In this document: piece by piece, positions 13,900-26,435 of the stretch | Position numbering within the stretch: the first letter of the stretch is position 1 | Layout of the letters: every line of letters starts with the position of its first letter | NCBI GenBank assembly: GCA_040954595.2 | Contig: CM082591.2 | Coordinates: 8,996,859-9,048,616 of the forward strand | Origin: Balanoglossus misakiensis | Taxonomy: Eukaryota; Animalia; Hemichordata | Direction: 5' to 3' | Length of the DNA: 51,758 bases | The notes under the pieces: model-generated | What the model was told of the DNA's origin: nothing | The model's input: only the letters and a program-made list of their open reading frames with translations | The model's database searches: none | Made by a program: the position numbers and the translations under genes

Positions 13900-16800
13900 A
13901 GTCCTTCTCCATAGACTGTCACTGAGAAGTTATTCGCGATACAGTCGACCATCAATGTACAGTTTACCGTTGGCAAAACGTGGTCGTTTGCCTTGCTCTA
14001 AGGCTACATCACTGGTCATAGTTGTCGTGAACGCTTGTAGTCCGATGAGTTGACTCTACCGCAGTCAACTCTACCAACTCGCTAGTCTCTCAAGGTGTAT
14101 CTGCCTCTACGCAGTATTTCCAGTCGATCTGATTGTCGAAAGAACTGCACTATAATGTGGGGTGGAGGTCGACCTCCGCTAGCGGCGGTGCCATTAGCAG
14201 GGGCAACTCGATGGGCGTTTTCTATCTTCGTAGATGGGTCGTCGATTTTTAATTTCGAAGCGAGAATCTTCGAAACTAACTCCATGCACCGCTCATTTTC
14301 CGACACCTCAATGCCACCAATTCGTAGGTTGAAGCTTCGTGAATATCTTTGTGAGGCCAGAGTCTCTTCCGTTTGTGCTGCGAGTTGTCTGGATTTTCGT
14401 CGTCAAGTCTGTTATGCGCCTATCTGTGGCCATGCCATTGTTGCGCAATTCCTCCCTCTCAGCGTCTGCGTGGTTCAAGGCTTCCTCAAAATCGGCGTGT
14501 TTTTGCTCGACTTTTCTCAATCGTTCGTTCAGGGCCTTAATTTCCAGTAGTTGTTTCTCACCTGTTTTTACTAGAGCTGTCAGATTTTCTGTGACAAATC
14601 TTTTATACTGTGAATCTGAGGCAGCAGCGTCTCCACCATCCATACCGCTGGTCGAGGGGGCCAGTGTAATAGTGGAGCGGCCAAACCCCAATTTTCATAG
14701 TGATTGTGCATTTTGTGATAAAAGCACCAAACTTGGCTCAGATGTGTGTTAATGTGTACTAAACAAATTCAGATAGCGAGCCACTTAATATCTGTTGACG
14801 AGTTTCCATGGCAACCAATTTTTCAAAATGGCCGCCAATACAGATAATTTCACCCACCAACTAACAACTGTAAACACCAAAATAAATCTAGATTACTATA
14901 TTTGATACAAGGAACTGTGGAAAGAATGATTTGCAAAGATATTATGGTTACTAAACTACTTATAGGGGTAGGTAAGTTATCAAAACACAATTTAAAGGCG
15001 CAACTTTCATTCCCTTTGTTCTCGGATTAATAGGTGCTCCTCTATAAGTCAAACCATACTGTCTATGGTCAAACATTAGACTAATTGCGATATTTAACTT
15101 GCAGTACATAAATTACACATATGAATCACAACAGTTTACCACCTTAGCTAATGATAATCATATAAATATATCACCGATCTATTCAAATTGCACGCGGATG
15201 TGGGCTTGGCTTACCCGTGACTGGTACAATTTCCTTATCAACTCGATAGGTGAGTCCACTGCCCGAAATAAACGTCGATCTAAACTGAGTCCGCGGTCGT
15301 CGCGTTTATTGGTCGACAGACATACACATATGGTCTCAAACGCAATGCAATCTAAATGGACCCCGGGTAACGAAACATGCGAAAATGTCTGCTTTGTTTA
15401 GACCACAATCGCAACCGCAGCGTTGACAACGTTTTTTCGGGGTGTTGATGTTTGTCGAAAATGCCATAGGAAATTAAAGGAACTTAAGTCGAATTGCTGA
15501 AACGTTAATAATCGACCATATGTCTTGATACTTTAAATCATGCATCAGTTCCACTCCAGCAATTTTGGCGACTGTTATCAGAGTTGACCAAAAGATAAAT
15601 GGTGTCTATGATTCCAAACTCATAAAAATTACAACAGAGGACACAATATTACTTTATTTGCCGAGAATAGAGTTCATCATGCCATAAATATTGTCAAAAA
15701 TGTGTGTTAATTATAGAAACCCAACTACTAGTAAATATACAAACAGTTGGCCTTTAGATTGGTAAATGGAAAAGCAGGTCCTATTGCAATTTTCTGGGAT
15801 TAGTTGGCTCGATGCTCCCAAAAAGTCACTTGGAATGTACTTTCATTCTAATATCTCAATGTGTAAAGATCTGACTTTGCGAGAGATATTACGGAAAGCT
15901 TCATTTCATTTAATAGCATGAAGTAAGCGAAATCTTACTCTTTACAGAAAAGTTGTGATCCTGAACACTTTTGGTGTTTTGAAGCTTATTTTCACTTTAT
16001 CATTTTATTCTTTGATTTTGGGGGTTAAAAAACACAAAATAACATGTCAAATTAGAACTGCTCCCTATCATCAAGGTGCGATTAAAATTATCGATAACTT
16101 GAGCAATACAAAGCACTTCAAGCGACTTCATTAAAACGCTTTCCGAAGGACAAGTATTGGATGAATAGTTTGAAACGGATTTTGATTTTGATTCCTAACA
16201 TCTATCTATGTACATGCAACTTAGACATAGTTAGTTTCTATAGTAACTTTAACAAACCAATCGACTGTCCTGATACTGGCTTTCTGCCACCATTTTAAAG
16301 GGAAGTGATTCTTTATTTGCATGAATCATTTGATGAAGATAAAATAGAAAAGCTAGATTCTGCACTGATTCAAACTGGTCAGATCAATTTATAAGGTTGA
16401 GAAACAGGATGTCGTTTTTCCTGGGTTGACTAACTTGGGAATTTCGTTTGTCAAATATATTTTTATGGGGAAAATAACGAATCAACTGAGCTTTACTTTT
16501 TAAACTTTTATCACAAAATGCACAAATGTTATGGAAATTGTGTTTATGCCAGGCCACTATTATAATATATCTATGGTTATACAGTGTTTTAACTAAGTTT
16601 GTTGTAACCACGGTTATTACCAAACTTGAATTTCTCTAGTGACTGAATCTCGATCCTGTATTTACCCCTATAACTAGTTTAGTGATAATAAATACTTTGC
16701 AAATTACTTTTTGAACTGTTTCTTGTTTCAAATATTGTAATATGAATTTATTTTGGTGTTTTATAATTGTTATTTTGTGGGTGAGATTATCTGTATTGGC

Positions 16801-17066
16801 GGCCATTTTGAAAAATGGTTGCCATGGCTACCCGTTAACAGATATTAAGTGGCTCGCTATCTGAATTTGCTTAGTACACAGTAACATACATCTGAACCAA
16901 GTTTGGTGCTTTTATCACAAAATGCACAACCGCTATGAAAATTGGTGTTTGTCCGCTCCACTATAAGGGAATGCACTGTTGCACTGGCGCTGTTGTCTAC
17001 GTAGCTCATAATGGTGGGTGACTTCTTCTGTCCGCGTGGTTTTACGGTTTTTGACGCCTTTCCCAT
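13900..17066 (-). pseudogene. LINE ORF1-like gene (coiled coil + RRM, L1 transposase_22-like), split by an insertion at 14670-16963
   Basis: MGKASKTVKPRGQKKSPTI...VHSL|TLAPSTSGMDGG joins in frame after the insert is removed. Then a coiled coil, YSRSFNLRIGGI, IENAHRV, PPHIIVQF. Frameshift and stop present. Confidence 0.75.
14670..16963. mobile_element. Non-autonomous DNA transposon with ~300-bp TIRs (Academ-like)
   Basis: Ends TAGTGGAGCGG...CCGCTCCACTA. The inverted match extends 14670-~14970 vs ~16663-16963. 3-bp TSD TAA (14667-14669, 16964-16966). No long internal ORF. Confidence 0.85.
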
Positions 17067-17571
17067 GTGCTTGGTAATTGACCTTCTTAGTGGGTACCGT
17101 GACTTCTTAGGCGGCTTTTGACACATTCTTTGTTGTCTGAACTGTGTTTTCAAGGGAAAGTTTTGACAAGCCGGAGCTCGCCCGTCAGGGAAACACTTTA
17201 CATGCATGTGACCTCTGACCTCGACAAATGTATATTTTACAAACTGGTGATTTTGAAATTCTGGGATGTCATCTCATATCTTATGAAAACAGAAGATATC
17301 ACGTTTATGCGTCGTACAATAGAGAGATTAAGATAGCATACGTAGCGAGAACGTAACGTAGAACACCGATCGCGTTCCGTTTGCGTTACGTGTTGTGAAA
17401 AAAGTGATTAAGACGGCAACGTGACCTTTGACACGTCATGACGCGAATCTTCGTAAAAATGTATCTAATTGGCGGTGACTTTTTCTATTATCCAATCATC
17501 GCTATCGTTACTGCATCGTTTTGTTGCGTCAAAGTTTGTAAACATTGGCCTTAGTAACCAGGAGATGATCG

Positions 17572-19526
17572 ATGGCGGCAGCTAGGAGAAGGTAAGTATC
17601 GTCTATATCAACGCATTTTATTGTATTTTTTGCAGCGAGGATAAACTTTTGGTGTAGTAGGGTCCTGTAGTATGAATGTAATGGAGAGAAGGCGGTCTGG
17701 CATGAAAATAACACATTTGAAAGAAATAGGAAGCATACGTAGGTCGAATACGATGTAGTGATTTCCCATCTCAAAAATGTTCAATATCTTACTTTTATGT
17801 GACTTTTTTCGAGTATCCATTTTCCCTGCAATGAGTGATTGTGCTCTGTCCTCGACCTTTAATTCCAATGGAGTTTCTCAAGTTTATCCTCAGGATACGA
17901 CAGTAAATGCATACTATGTGTATAATTTTCTCTTACACTTACAGGCGTAGACGTGAAGAAATCACTGAGGCCCTTTTAATATGGGATGAAGAACAGGACG
18001 ACGTCGAGATGTTGTTGATCGACACGTTTGCGAATGGGCGAGATTTGAATAACGCTCCAGTTGATCTTGATTTATTTTCAGATGATCAGTGTTTCGAATT
18101 TTTCAGGTAGGCAAGAAAGATGTTGATGTATTATTCAACATTGTTTACAAAAAAATTCATAGTTATTTCACTAAAAATACCAAAAAAAAAAAGAAATGGA
18201 ATACTACACTTTTTAAACCTATTTTTCTTTCCAAAATTACAGATTTGCAAAGCAGGACCTGATCCGCTTACACGATGCAGTCTCTCTTCCGGAAAAGATA
18301 GTTGGTTTTAATGAATCCACAGCAACAAGCATGGAGGCATTACTTATTCTACTGCGCCGACTCTCATATCCTAATCGCTGGTGTGATCTAGTACATTTCT
18401 TTCAAAGAGACGAGCCAGAATTGAGTATAATTTTCAATACGGTAAGTAATTTTGTTGTTAATGTATCATTTTTTATATTTTTAATACATGTTATGTGTTC
18501 CTGCAAATGTTGTACTAAATAATCAGTACATAGTAATTTCTTATCACTAGAATGACATATTTACACTCTATATGTAAAAAGACAATCTAAAGAATGACAC
18601 TGGATCGAATAACAAATTGCCAGGACGTATGTATGTGTTGTTTAACACTAAGGTTAAATATGTGACTTCACAGACTTATTTCAAATCTGTTTGGGTGTGT
18701 TGTTTTATGCAGATTGCAGAACATATCCATAGAGAGTTTGGTCACCTCCTTACAAATCTAGACTTGGCGTGGATTGATCCAGTGGCATTTTCTGCTGCAA
18801 TCATTAACAAGGGAGCCCCACTGGATAATTGTTGGGGATTTATTGATGGGACCGCCAGACCTATTTCCAGACCACGTCATGGCCAAAAAGTTGTGTTTTC
18901 TGGCCACTGTCTTAAATTTCAGGTAAGGAATATCCTTTTCTCTATCCAGGGAGTATTTGACTATTTGAACTGAATTCTGACCCAGTCTGTTTTGCATTAG
19001 TCAAGGGTTGAATATTGATGGCTTCATTCATAACTGAAAGATATTGTCCTTTATTCCTTTGCAGTCGATTCAAACTCCCTGCGGACTTGTCGCCCATATG
19101 TTTGGGCCGATTGAGGGAAGTCGGCACGATGCATACATGCTGGCAGAGAGTGGAGTGCTACCAGGGTTAGAGCAGATCCAACACAATGGTGTAGTGATGT
19201 GTGTATATGGCGATCCTGCATATCCTCTTCGGCCTGAGTTAATGGGACCATTTAAGGGGGCAAATTTAAATGAACAACAAAAGAATTTCAATAAAGCAAT
19301 GTCTGAAGCTCGTACTTGTGTTGAATGGGGGTTTGGGAAAATAGTATCTTTGTTTGCGTTTCTTGATTTTAAGAAAAATCAGAAGCTTTATTTACAACCG
19401 GTGGGGGTTTATTTTCTTGTTGCAACCATTTTATGTAATTGTCATACCTGTCTCTTTGGCAGTGAAACAGGCATTCATTTTAACCTGGAACCTCCTACTC
19501 TGGAAAATTACCTTGGTAACCATTGA
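17572..19526 (+). CDS. Harbinger/HARBI1-like DDE transposase, 5 exons (17572-17591, 17945-18106, 18243-18441, 18713-18922, 19065-19526), about 350 aa
   Basis: GT-AG introns with consistent phases give one open frame. Motifs LRRLSYPNRW, WGFIDGT, GSRHD, YGDPAYP, RTCVEWGF. Confidence 0.88.
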
Positions 19527-19912
19527 AGCGTTAAAGTGTTTTGAAGTTGTGTTAGAGTTGAATAATAAAGATTTACAATTTTAATATCCTTTTTCAACTA
19601 TGTTGGTTTCTTTGAGTTCTAACTCTCCCTTATAGCACACTCATAAACAAAACACGATCTCATTCACTAAAGCACATTGAAGTAAATGAACAGTAAATTT
19701 TAATTTTTCATTGGACTTTTTCTAAAATTGTAGAAATTTACAACTGTACTGAAAAAAAAATATGGCCATTTTGTCAAAAATAAATATTATCCGGAAATAC
19801 TATCAGGCAACATTGTTTATATGGTGGGTGATTAGAAAATTATTTTGTTAAAATTTTAAATAATATACAACAAATTTCTGTTAAAACAACAATATTTTGG
19901 TAAAATTTAAAT

Positions 19913-20574
19913 TGTGACCCCTGGTATAGGCTTGGTAATGGTGTTGTCGTTAGGGCATTGCGTTGTGTAATTTCAAACCCATTCGCTAAGGGGACACAGC
20001 TATACACTGACCCGACACACATTAATGTACGTTCATGACGTTTATTTCTTTGGTCAGCGGCTCCATCTGTACTTGGCTACTCGCATTGGCCAAGTCAGCA
20101 AAGAGAGAGAAAAGAATTACAATACTCACAAAACCAAAGAAAATATACAGAGCATACTTAACAGAAAATACTACGGCGCATAAAGTGCTTTCCGAGTCCA
20201 ATATTCACACATTTGCAGCAAAAATCACTGAACATTCTTTCAAAATATTACAGATGATGGTTCTTTAAACACTTACACATCATTATATTTCAATTATAGG
20301 GGTGGATGGCAATGATTTAATGCTTGCATGGGCGATTTAAAAGGGAGAGAAAAATATTACCAACCTGCTCGCATTGGCCAAGTCAGCAAAGAGACCGGTT
20401 GTGTCTCTTTGCCCCTTGAGGGCGCCGTACACCTGGCCAAAGTTCGCATGCAAATACGTATAGTATTATGCAAATACTGGACAGCCATTGGGTGAACACC
20501 ACCGTCAATGAATTATCAGAAACTAAGCATTATCTTTGTATATATATTAGAAAATCACAAAAATCCTGGTCACA
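19913..20574 (-). repeat. 3' LTR of the Gypsy element
   Basis: TGTGACC...GGTCACA; near-identical to 27039-27700. Confidence 0.96.
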
Positions 20575-20588
20575 TACCCCCCTGGTTT
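20575..20588 (-). promoter_or_regulatory. Polypurine tract
   Basis: AAACCAGGGGGGTA immediately before the 3' LTR. Confidence 0.7.
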
Positions 20589-20677
20589 GACAAATGACGG
20601 CCACGTCATTTACAATCGTTGGTAATTATTGTCTGAAGGAAAGTTGTTAAACTGGGGGAAAAAATTCAAGTATACTG

Positions 20678-23600
20678 TTAAACTGCTGTGGCAGTTCCAC
20701 TCAACAATGACATGACAAACCCATATCTCTGTGGCGGTTTCCGATTTCTCAAGGGATATCTACGAATACGGGGCTCAGCTATTTCTTCAGAACTAATATT
20801 TTTTGTATGTGAACTGTCTAAAATGACGGAATCTGAATGTGTATCACATTCTGTAGACGGTGACTGTGTTTGCACTGTGGGATCTTTTGTTGTGCATCGT
20901 GTATTGGAAGTGTGCATAGTATGGGTGCTATCTGCTGACACGTCGGGACTCGGTTGCTGGGGTGACAACACAACGTCTGGTGACAACACGGCATCCTCTG
21001 CATTTTCTTGGGTTGTGGACGATCGGGGAATCGTAGGCGGTGAACACGGTGATTCAACCGCTCGATGGGCAGACTTATTTTCGGGTTTTGATGTATGTGA
21101 CAGGGGTGAACATCTCCTCTGGTCTGCAGCAGGGTATTTCGCTATAGTCGCATCCCCTGGAACGATGGTGAACTCCACACAGTCTCCATCTTCATAGTCA
21201 CTCATTTCTGTTTCATCTGTCATACTCGACTTGATAGCTGGACTGCTGCTGCTGCTGATAGCTGTCTCAGTAGACTTCTCACCATCGATGGGGAGGAATG
21301 AACACAACTTCAACATATTGCGATGCAACACTCGTTGTCTTCCTCCTGACTCAGGTTTGACAACATAGACTGGCAGATCTGGTCTTTTTTCTGTTACTAG
21401 ATAAGGGGTCTTTTCCCATCGGTCTCCGATCTTGTGTTTTCCAACTTCCTTTAGTTTCACCAGCACCCGGTCACCTGCGGATAGTGTCTCAGCAGTAGCC
21501 TTCCTGTCATACTGGTCCTTCTGTTTCTGTCTAGCTTTAGTTGCCTGGTTACTTGCTTGATGATACGCGTCCTGGAGTCTTTCACGAAGCGCATGGGTGT
21601 ATTCACCATAATCCAAGTTCTCCTTTGGCTCAGATGACGTACCAAAGATGACATCGATCGGCAGTCGAGGATTTCGTCCGAACATTAAATAGAACGGTGC
21701 ATATCCTGTAGACTCATGCCGTGTACAATTATATGCGTGAGTTAGGGCGTCAAGATGCTCCTTCCAATCACGTTTCTGTGACGGGTCTAACGTTCCCAAC
21801 ATATTCATCAGTGTTCTGTTAAATCTTTCAGACATACCGTTGCCTTCCGGATGATAGGGTGTCGTATGTGATTTGACAGTGTTTGTGATCTGACACAGTT
21901 CCTTTATCAGCGCACTCTCAAAATTTCTTCCTTGGTCGGAATGTAACCGGAGAGGGAAACCATACTGGCACATGAAGTTTTTCCACAGAACTTTGGCCAC
22001 CGTTTCTGCTTTTTGGTTTTTCGTAGGATATGCTTGGGCGTATCTTGAAAAATGGTCAGTCACAATGAGCACATTTTCAAATCCTCCTTTTGAAGGTTCC
22101 AAGGTCAAAAAGTCTATGCATACTAATTCGAGGGGTTCAGATGTAGTCACACTCACCAAAGGTGCCCGCACAGTCTTGACATCAGACTTCCTGAGGTTGC
22201 ATCTTTCACATTGGTCACACCAGACTTTCACTTGTGTATACATCTTAGGCCAATAAAACCGTGTGCGAATCAAATCCAGAGTCTTGTCGCATCCCAAATG
22301 TCCCATCTCAATGTGAAGTTTGTGGAAAACATCCTTCCGGTACTGGAGTGGCAAAACGAGTTGCAATGTTTCGGTTCCGCTGGGGGGACAAATTTTCCTA
22401 TAGAGAACTCCATCTTGAAGGGCCAACCTGTCCCACTGACGTAGTAATAGTCTGGCTTCAGGAGACATGTCGTTCAGTTGTCTTCTACCTGGTTTCCTGG
22501 ATGAACTTTTGGCTCGAATCACATCACTGAGTGAGGAATCCTCTGGTTGATGGAATCTCAGTTCCTTTACAGTCAAACTTGGTATGGTATCTGCATATGA
22601 TGAAATATCCCGGGTACTGTTGCCAACTGCATCTTGGACACACTTTGATACATGACATACTGCTTTCAAAGTTTCTGCAACTTCTTGTTGTGGTATGCGT
22701 GATAATGCATCTGCGTTTGCATTACTCTTGCCAGGACGATACCGTATGTCGAAATCAAACATAGCAAGTTGCGCTACCCAACGCTGACCAGTTGCATCTA
22801 ATTTTGCAGTAGACATTGCATATACTAGGGGGTTGTTATCGGTAAGCACGGTGAACTGATTTCCGTATAGGTATTCCCTCAGCTTATCTGTCACTGCCCA
22901 CTTCAGACAAAGGAATTCTTGTTTGTGTGCTGGGTATCTGGTCTCTGGCGGTCGTAACCCACGGCTACAGTAGGCAATAACCCTGTCTTTATCGTCTTGT
23001 CGCTGGGCCAGAACTGCTCCCAATCCCTCAGATGATGCATCAATCTGCAACGTGAATGGTTTGGAAAAATCGGGGTAAGCCAAGATTGGTGCGGACAGCA
23101 TTTTCGATTTCAGACAGTTGAAGGCATCTACACATGCTTCTGTCCAAATGAATGGTGGAACATCTTTCTTTTGTCCCTTTCCTTTCTGGCGTCTACGTGG
23201 GTCTCCAGACGTGAGTTTAAACAACGTTGCTGCAATTGTACTGTAATCCTTGATAAACCGTCTATAGTAGCCTGTAAATCCAAGGTACTTTAGTAGATCC
23301 CTTCTATTACTGGGTTTCGGCCATTGCTCCACCACTTTCGTCTTTTCGGGGTCTGTACAGATACCATTAGCGGACACAACATGACCAAGGTAGTGCACTT
23401 CCTCCTTCAACAGATGACACTTCTGTGGCTTTAACTTGAGACCATGTTCGCGTAATCGGTCAAACACAAGCTGCATTCTGTCCAGGTGCTCCTCAAATGT
23501 ACGCGAAAAAATGATGATGTCATCTAAATATATTAGTATGGTGGAGAAATGCTGATCACCAAGGCATGCCATCATCAGCCTCTGGAATGTAGCTGGAGCG

Positions 23601-25261
23601 TTCTGTAATCCGAACGGCATCCTATTTGCCTCGTACAATCCCATAGGAGTGGTGAATGCTGTCTTGGGTTTATCTGTTTCGTGTACTTCAACCTGCCAAT
23701 AGCCAGCAGTGAGATCCAACGTTGAAAAATACTTGGCCCCACCTAATGCTTCTAGGGCATCATCTATACGGGGTAAGGGGTAGGCATCCCTGATAGACCT
23801 CATGTTCAATTGTCTGTAGTCAATACAAATTCTCGCAGAGCCGTCCTTCTTTCTCACCACCACAATTGGACTTGAATATGGACTTTTGCTTGGTCTGATA
23901 ACGCCTGCAGCAGCCATGTCTTCAATATGCTTCTTAACCTCTGAGTATTGTGCGAGAGGGATTCTGCGTGGAGGTATACGGAAAGGCTGACTGTCAATCA
24001 TTGGGATTTCATGTTTAATAGTAGTTGTATGTCCATAGTCTAGTGAATGCTTTGAAAATACATCAGCGTTCTTTTGAAGTAGTGCGTTCAACTGCTGTAG
24101 TTGTTCATCATTCTCCACTGCAGAACAAGTCACATCTGGAAGAGAGTAACCACCATACTTCTCACTCATATTGGTATTGTGGCACTGTGTCGTGGGCCGA
24201 AATGTACATGGCACATGTTCCCGTCTGCGTATCTCTCTTGTCCTATTCCTCTTTCTTCCTCTTTCAGGTACTGCAGGAAATCGTGTATTACTATTCTTTT
24301 CTTCCAGTTGGCTATCAAATCCAAGAGCCTCTTCATTAATCACAGCATGCAGTTCAGCAAGATAGGTTTTTGGCCAAATCGTTACTGGTCTAGACGAGTA
24401 GTTGTACACTCTCACTGGAGTACGGCCATCTTCCACGTCATTCAAAACTTTACCAACGGCAATTCCATTTGGCAACTGTTTAGACTGTGGGCTTTCAATG
24501 AGCGCTGTATATGGAACTCCAGCTCGAATTCTGGGTGCACGACATGGGACGTGAGCTTCCTCTCCTGGCTGTATGACCATAGGTCGGCGACCACAATATT
24601 TGGCTTGACCAATTCTACCCGACTTTCCACCTGGTTCAGATTTTCCAAGTTCCCTATAAGCTGCATACCACGCATGAGAGGATTCTTTTACCCTGCTGTG
24701 AAAACAATGACCGTGGAGGGCTCTCAGATCATTCTGGCTTGTGCGAATAACGTTTGTTCCAACTAGCAATGGCACATTTTGACGATACTCTGTTGTGGGA
24801 ACGACAAATGCTGGTACTTGTGTATATGTTCTCCCGAGGAAAGTCAAATCAATGTGGATGACACCACGATGAGGAACATCATTTCCGGTAGCCCCTTCTA
24901 TTGACACATCAGTAGATTCGGGTATCTGGCCGGCAAGGTGAGCATGCGTAGTGTAGAATGACTCTGTTACTGTAGTCACTTGTGATCCAGTGTCTATCAG
25001 AGCTGTACAGGTAACGCCATTCACCTCGACTTCTGTTTCGTTCAGTGGTCCTACAAACTGGTTTACCACGACTCTCGGCTGGCCAGAAGATGAATCAGTC
25101 TTTTCTGTGTGTGTGGGACTGGAATGATTCCCGCCTGTGAAATGTCCCTCTTCCACAGGCTTTAGTCTTTTAACGGCTTGTCTCCCTGGATAGATGGTCT
25201 CAAAAGTGGTTTGGACCGGCAGCCTCTTGCTAGATGTCCAGGCTGTCCGCAGCGGTGACAT
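20678..25261 (-). CDS. pol: Gypsy Pol polyprotein (protease, RT, RNase H, integrase), uninterrupted
   Basis: 1527-aa ORF: LIDTGS, RICIDYRQLN, MPFGL, YLDD, IDAS, HIEMGH..CERC, LHSDQGRNF, ERFNRTL. Confidence 0.97.
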   Translation of the reverse strand: MSPLRTAWTSSKRLPVQTTFETIYPGRQAVKRLKPVEEGHFTGGNHSSPTHTEKTDSSSGQPRVVVNQFVGPLNETEVEVNGVTCTALIDTGSQVTTVTESFYTTHAHLAGQIPESTDVSIEGATGNDVPHRGVIHIDLTFLGRTYTQVPAFVVPTTEYRQNVPLLVGTNVIRTSQNDLRALHGHCFHSRVKESSHAWYAAYRELGKSEPGGKSGRIGQAKYCGRRPMVIQPGEEAHVPCRAPRIRAGVPYTALIESPQSKQLPNGIAVGKVLNDVEDGRTPVRVYNYSSRPVTIWPKTYLAELHAVINEEALGFDSQLEEKNSNTRFPAVPERGRKRNRTREIRRREHVPCTFRPTTQCHNTNMSEKYGGYSLPDVTCSAVENDEQLQQLNALLQKNADVFSKHSLDYGHTTTIKHEIPMIDSQPFRIPPRRIPLAQYSEVKKHIEDMAAAGVIRPSKSPYSSPIVVVRKKDGSARICIDYRQLNMRSIRDAYPLPRIDDALEALGGAKYFSTLDLTAGYWQVEVHETDKPKTAFTTPMGLYEANRMPFGLQNAPATFQRLMMACLGDQHFSTILIYLDDIIIFSRTFEEHLDRMQLVFDRLREHGLKLKPQKCHLLKEEVHYLGHVVSANGICTDPEKTKVVEQWPKPSNRRDLLKYLGFTGYYRRFIKDYSTIAATLFKLTSGDPRRRQKGKGQKKDVPPFIWTEACVDAFNCLKSKMLSAPILAYPDFSKPFTLQIDASSEGLGAVLAQRQDDKDRVIAYCSRGLRPPETRYPAHKQEFLCLKWAVTDKLREYLYGNQFTVLTDNNPLVYAMSTAKLDATGQRWVAQLAMFDFDIRYRPGKSNANADALSRIPQQEVAETLKAVCHVSKCVQDAVGNSTRDISSYADTIPSLTVKELRFHQPEDSSLSDVIRAKSSSRKPGRRQLNDMSPEARLLLRQWDRLALQDGVLYRKICPPSGTETLQLVLPLQYRKDVFHKLHIEMGHLGCDKTLDLIRTRFYWPKMYTQVKVWCDQCERCNLRKSDVKTVRAPLVSVTTSEPLELVCIDFLTLEPSKGGFENVLIVTDHFSRYAQAYPTKNQKAETVAKVLWKNFMCQYGFPLRLHSDQGRNFESALIKELCQITNTVKSHTTPYHPEGNGMSERFNRTLMNMLGTLDPSQKRDWKEHLDALTHAYNCTRHESTGYAPFYLMFGRNPRLPIDVIFGTSSEPKENLDYGEYTHALRERLQDAYHQASNQATKARQKQKDQYDRKATAETLSAGDRVLVKLKEVGKHKIGDRWEKTPYLVTEKRPDLPVYVVKPESGGRQRVLHRNMLKLCSFLPIDGEKSTETAISSSSSPAIKSSMTDETEMSDYEDGDCVEFTIVPGDATIAKYPAADQRRCSPLSHTSKPENKSAHRAVESPCSPPTIPRSSTTQENAEDAVLSPDVVLSPQQPSPDVSADSTHTMHTSNTRCTTKDPTVQTQSPSTECDTHSDSVILDSSHTKNISSEEIAEPRIRRYPLRNRKPPQRYGFVMSLLSGTATAV

Positions 25262-26435
25262 GCATAGTTTCTACCAACTGTCTGTGGGGAAAATCTACTT
25301 TCCAGTTCTGCGATTCTTTTGTTTTGTTCCTCTTGCTTAGCAACCATTGTTTGCAGCAGCTTGGTCACCTCCGCCAACTGTTGTCGATCATGCGACTCCC
25401 TTTCATCGGCCTTTGGTTTTCTGTTCTCAGTTGTCACATGTGGCTGTGCCTGGGTTTTCTTGTGTCTCCCACTGGTTCTCCCTTCTCTGGAAATATACCG
25501 GAGCTCATCTCGTAGCTGCCTGAATGACATCTCCCTTACTCTCATTGGTGCTAACCGTTGAAATATTTCTTGGTCCCGTAGTCCCTTCATGAACTGTTGG
25601 GTGAGTTTATAGTCTCTGTCTGGAAACGGCCTACCATGGTTGAGCTTGCCTTCCACGTTGCGAAGTTTATCTTCCAGTGCAATCGCAAAAGAGCATGGAG
25701 ACTCGCCGGGATGCTGTGTTCTTTCGTAGAAATTTCCCATTGGATCACCTGACCACAAGCCATCCCCATATTCTGCACGCAGTTCATCGATCGCTCGCTG
25801 TAGGGTCTGTTCACCAGCTGGTAGGTTGAGGACTAATTTTCTGGCTTCACCGCTGAGATGACGAATGACCGTCGAAAATTTCAGCGTCTCCGGCATGGAT
25901 CCGGCTTCAAAAAGGTACTGAATATCTCTAATCAAGTCTTCCACCAAGACTTTACCATCGGGCGCACCGCTGAATATTGGAACACCACGTACTTGATGTG
26001 AGGATGTGATTCGGTAGTCTGGATATGCCTGTGTACTTTGTGGTTGTTGGTGGGATGTAGGCATAAAATGTGCACGTCGGTGCATAGGGTGTTGTAATTG
26101 TGGATGAGCAGTATCAAATCTCCTTTGGTCCACATATGTATTACCATACCCAGCTAGATAGTGTCATTCTGTATTTGTTGTTCATTGGGATTCAAATTTC
26201 GACCAGGCGTGTTATTAGTTACAGGTCTGTATTGTGTTGATGCTGCACTAGGCAACCCAATATTTTCAGCTGGGGTTAAGGGTGGTTGGGGTAACCAAGG
26301 GTCATGATAAGGCATACTGGGAACATTTTGCCCATATGATGGCAGTGGATACTGTAAATTACTTGGTTGACTCATACTAATATCAGGTCCCACTAAATCA
26401 AATGTTATCAAATCATCACCCGGCGTATTCTGCAT
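25162..26435 (-). CDS. gag: Gypsy Gag (PNMA/Arc-like capsid + CCHC knuckle); the N-terminal part is separated by a frame break near 26155-26165
   Basis: ORF 25162..26133 has PIFSG, LSGEAR, QHPGES and CHRCGQPGHLARGC. The upstream Pro-rich ORF 26154..26447 is in a different frame. Confidence 0.88.

Noticed and set aside
19862-19912. Apparent ~50-bp target-site duplication around the Gypsy element
   Set aside because: Better explained by a pre-existing tandem repeat plus a standard 4-bp TSD (AAAT).
20035-20268. 77-aa ORF repeated at 27161..27394
   Set aside because: Lies within the LTRs; its duplication is just LTR identity.
24101-24766. 221-aa antisense ORF and other ORFs opposite pol genes
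   Set aside because: Shadow ORFs of long coding sequence with no motifs.
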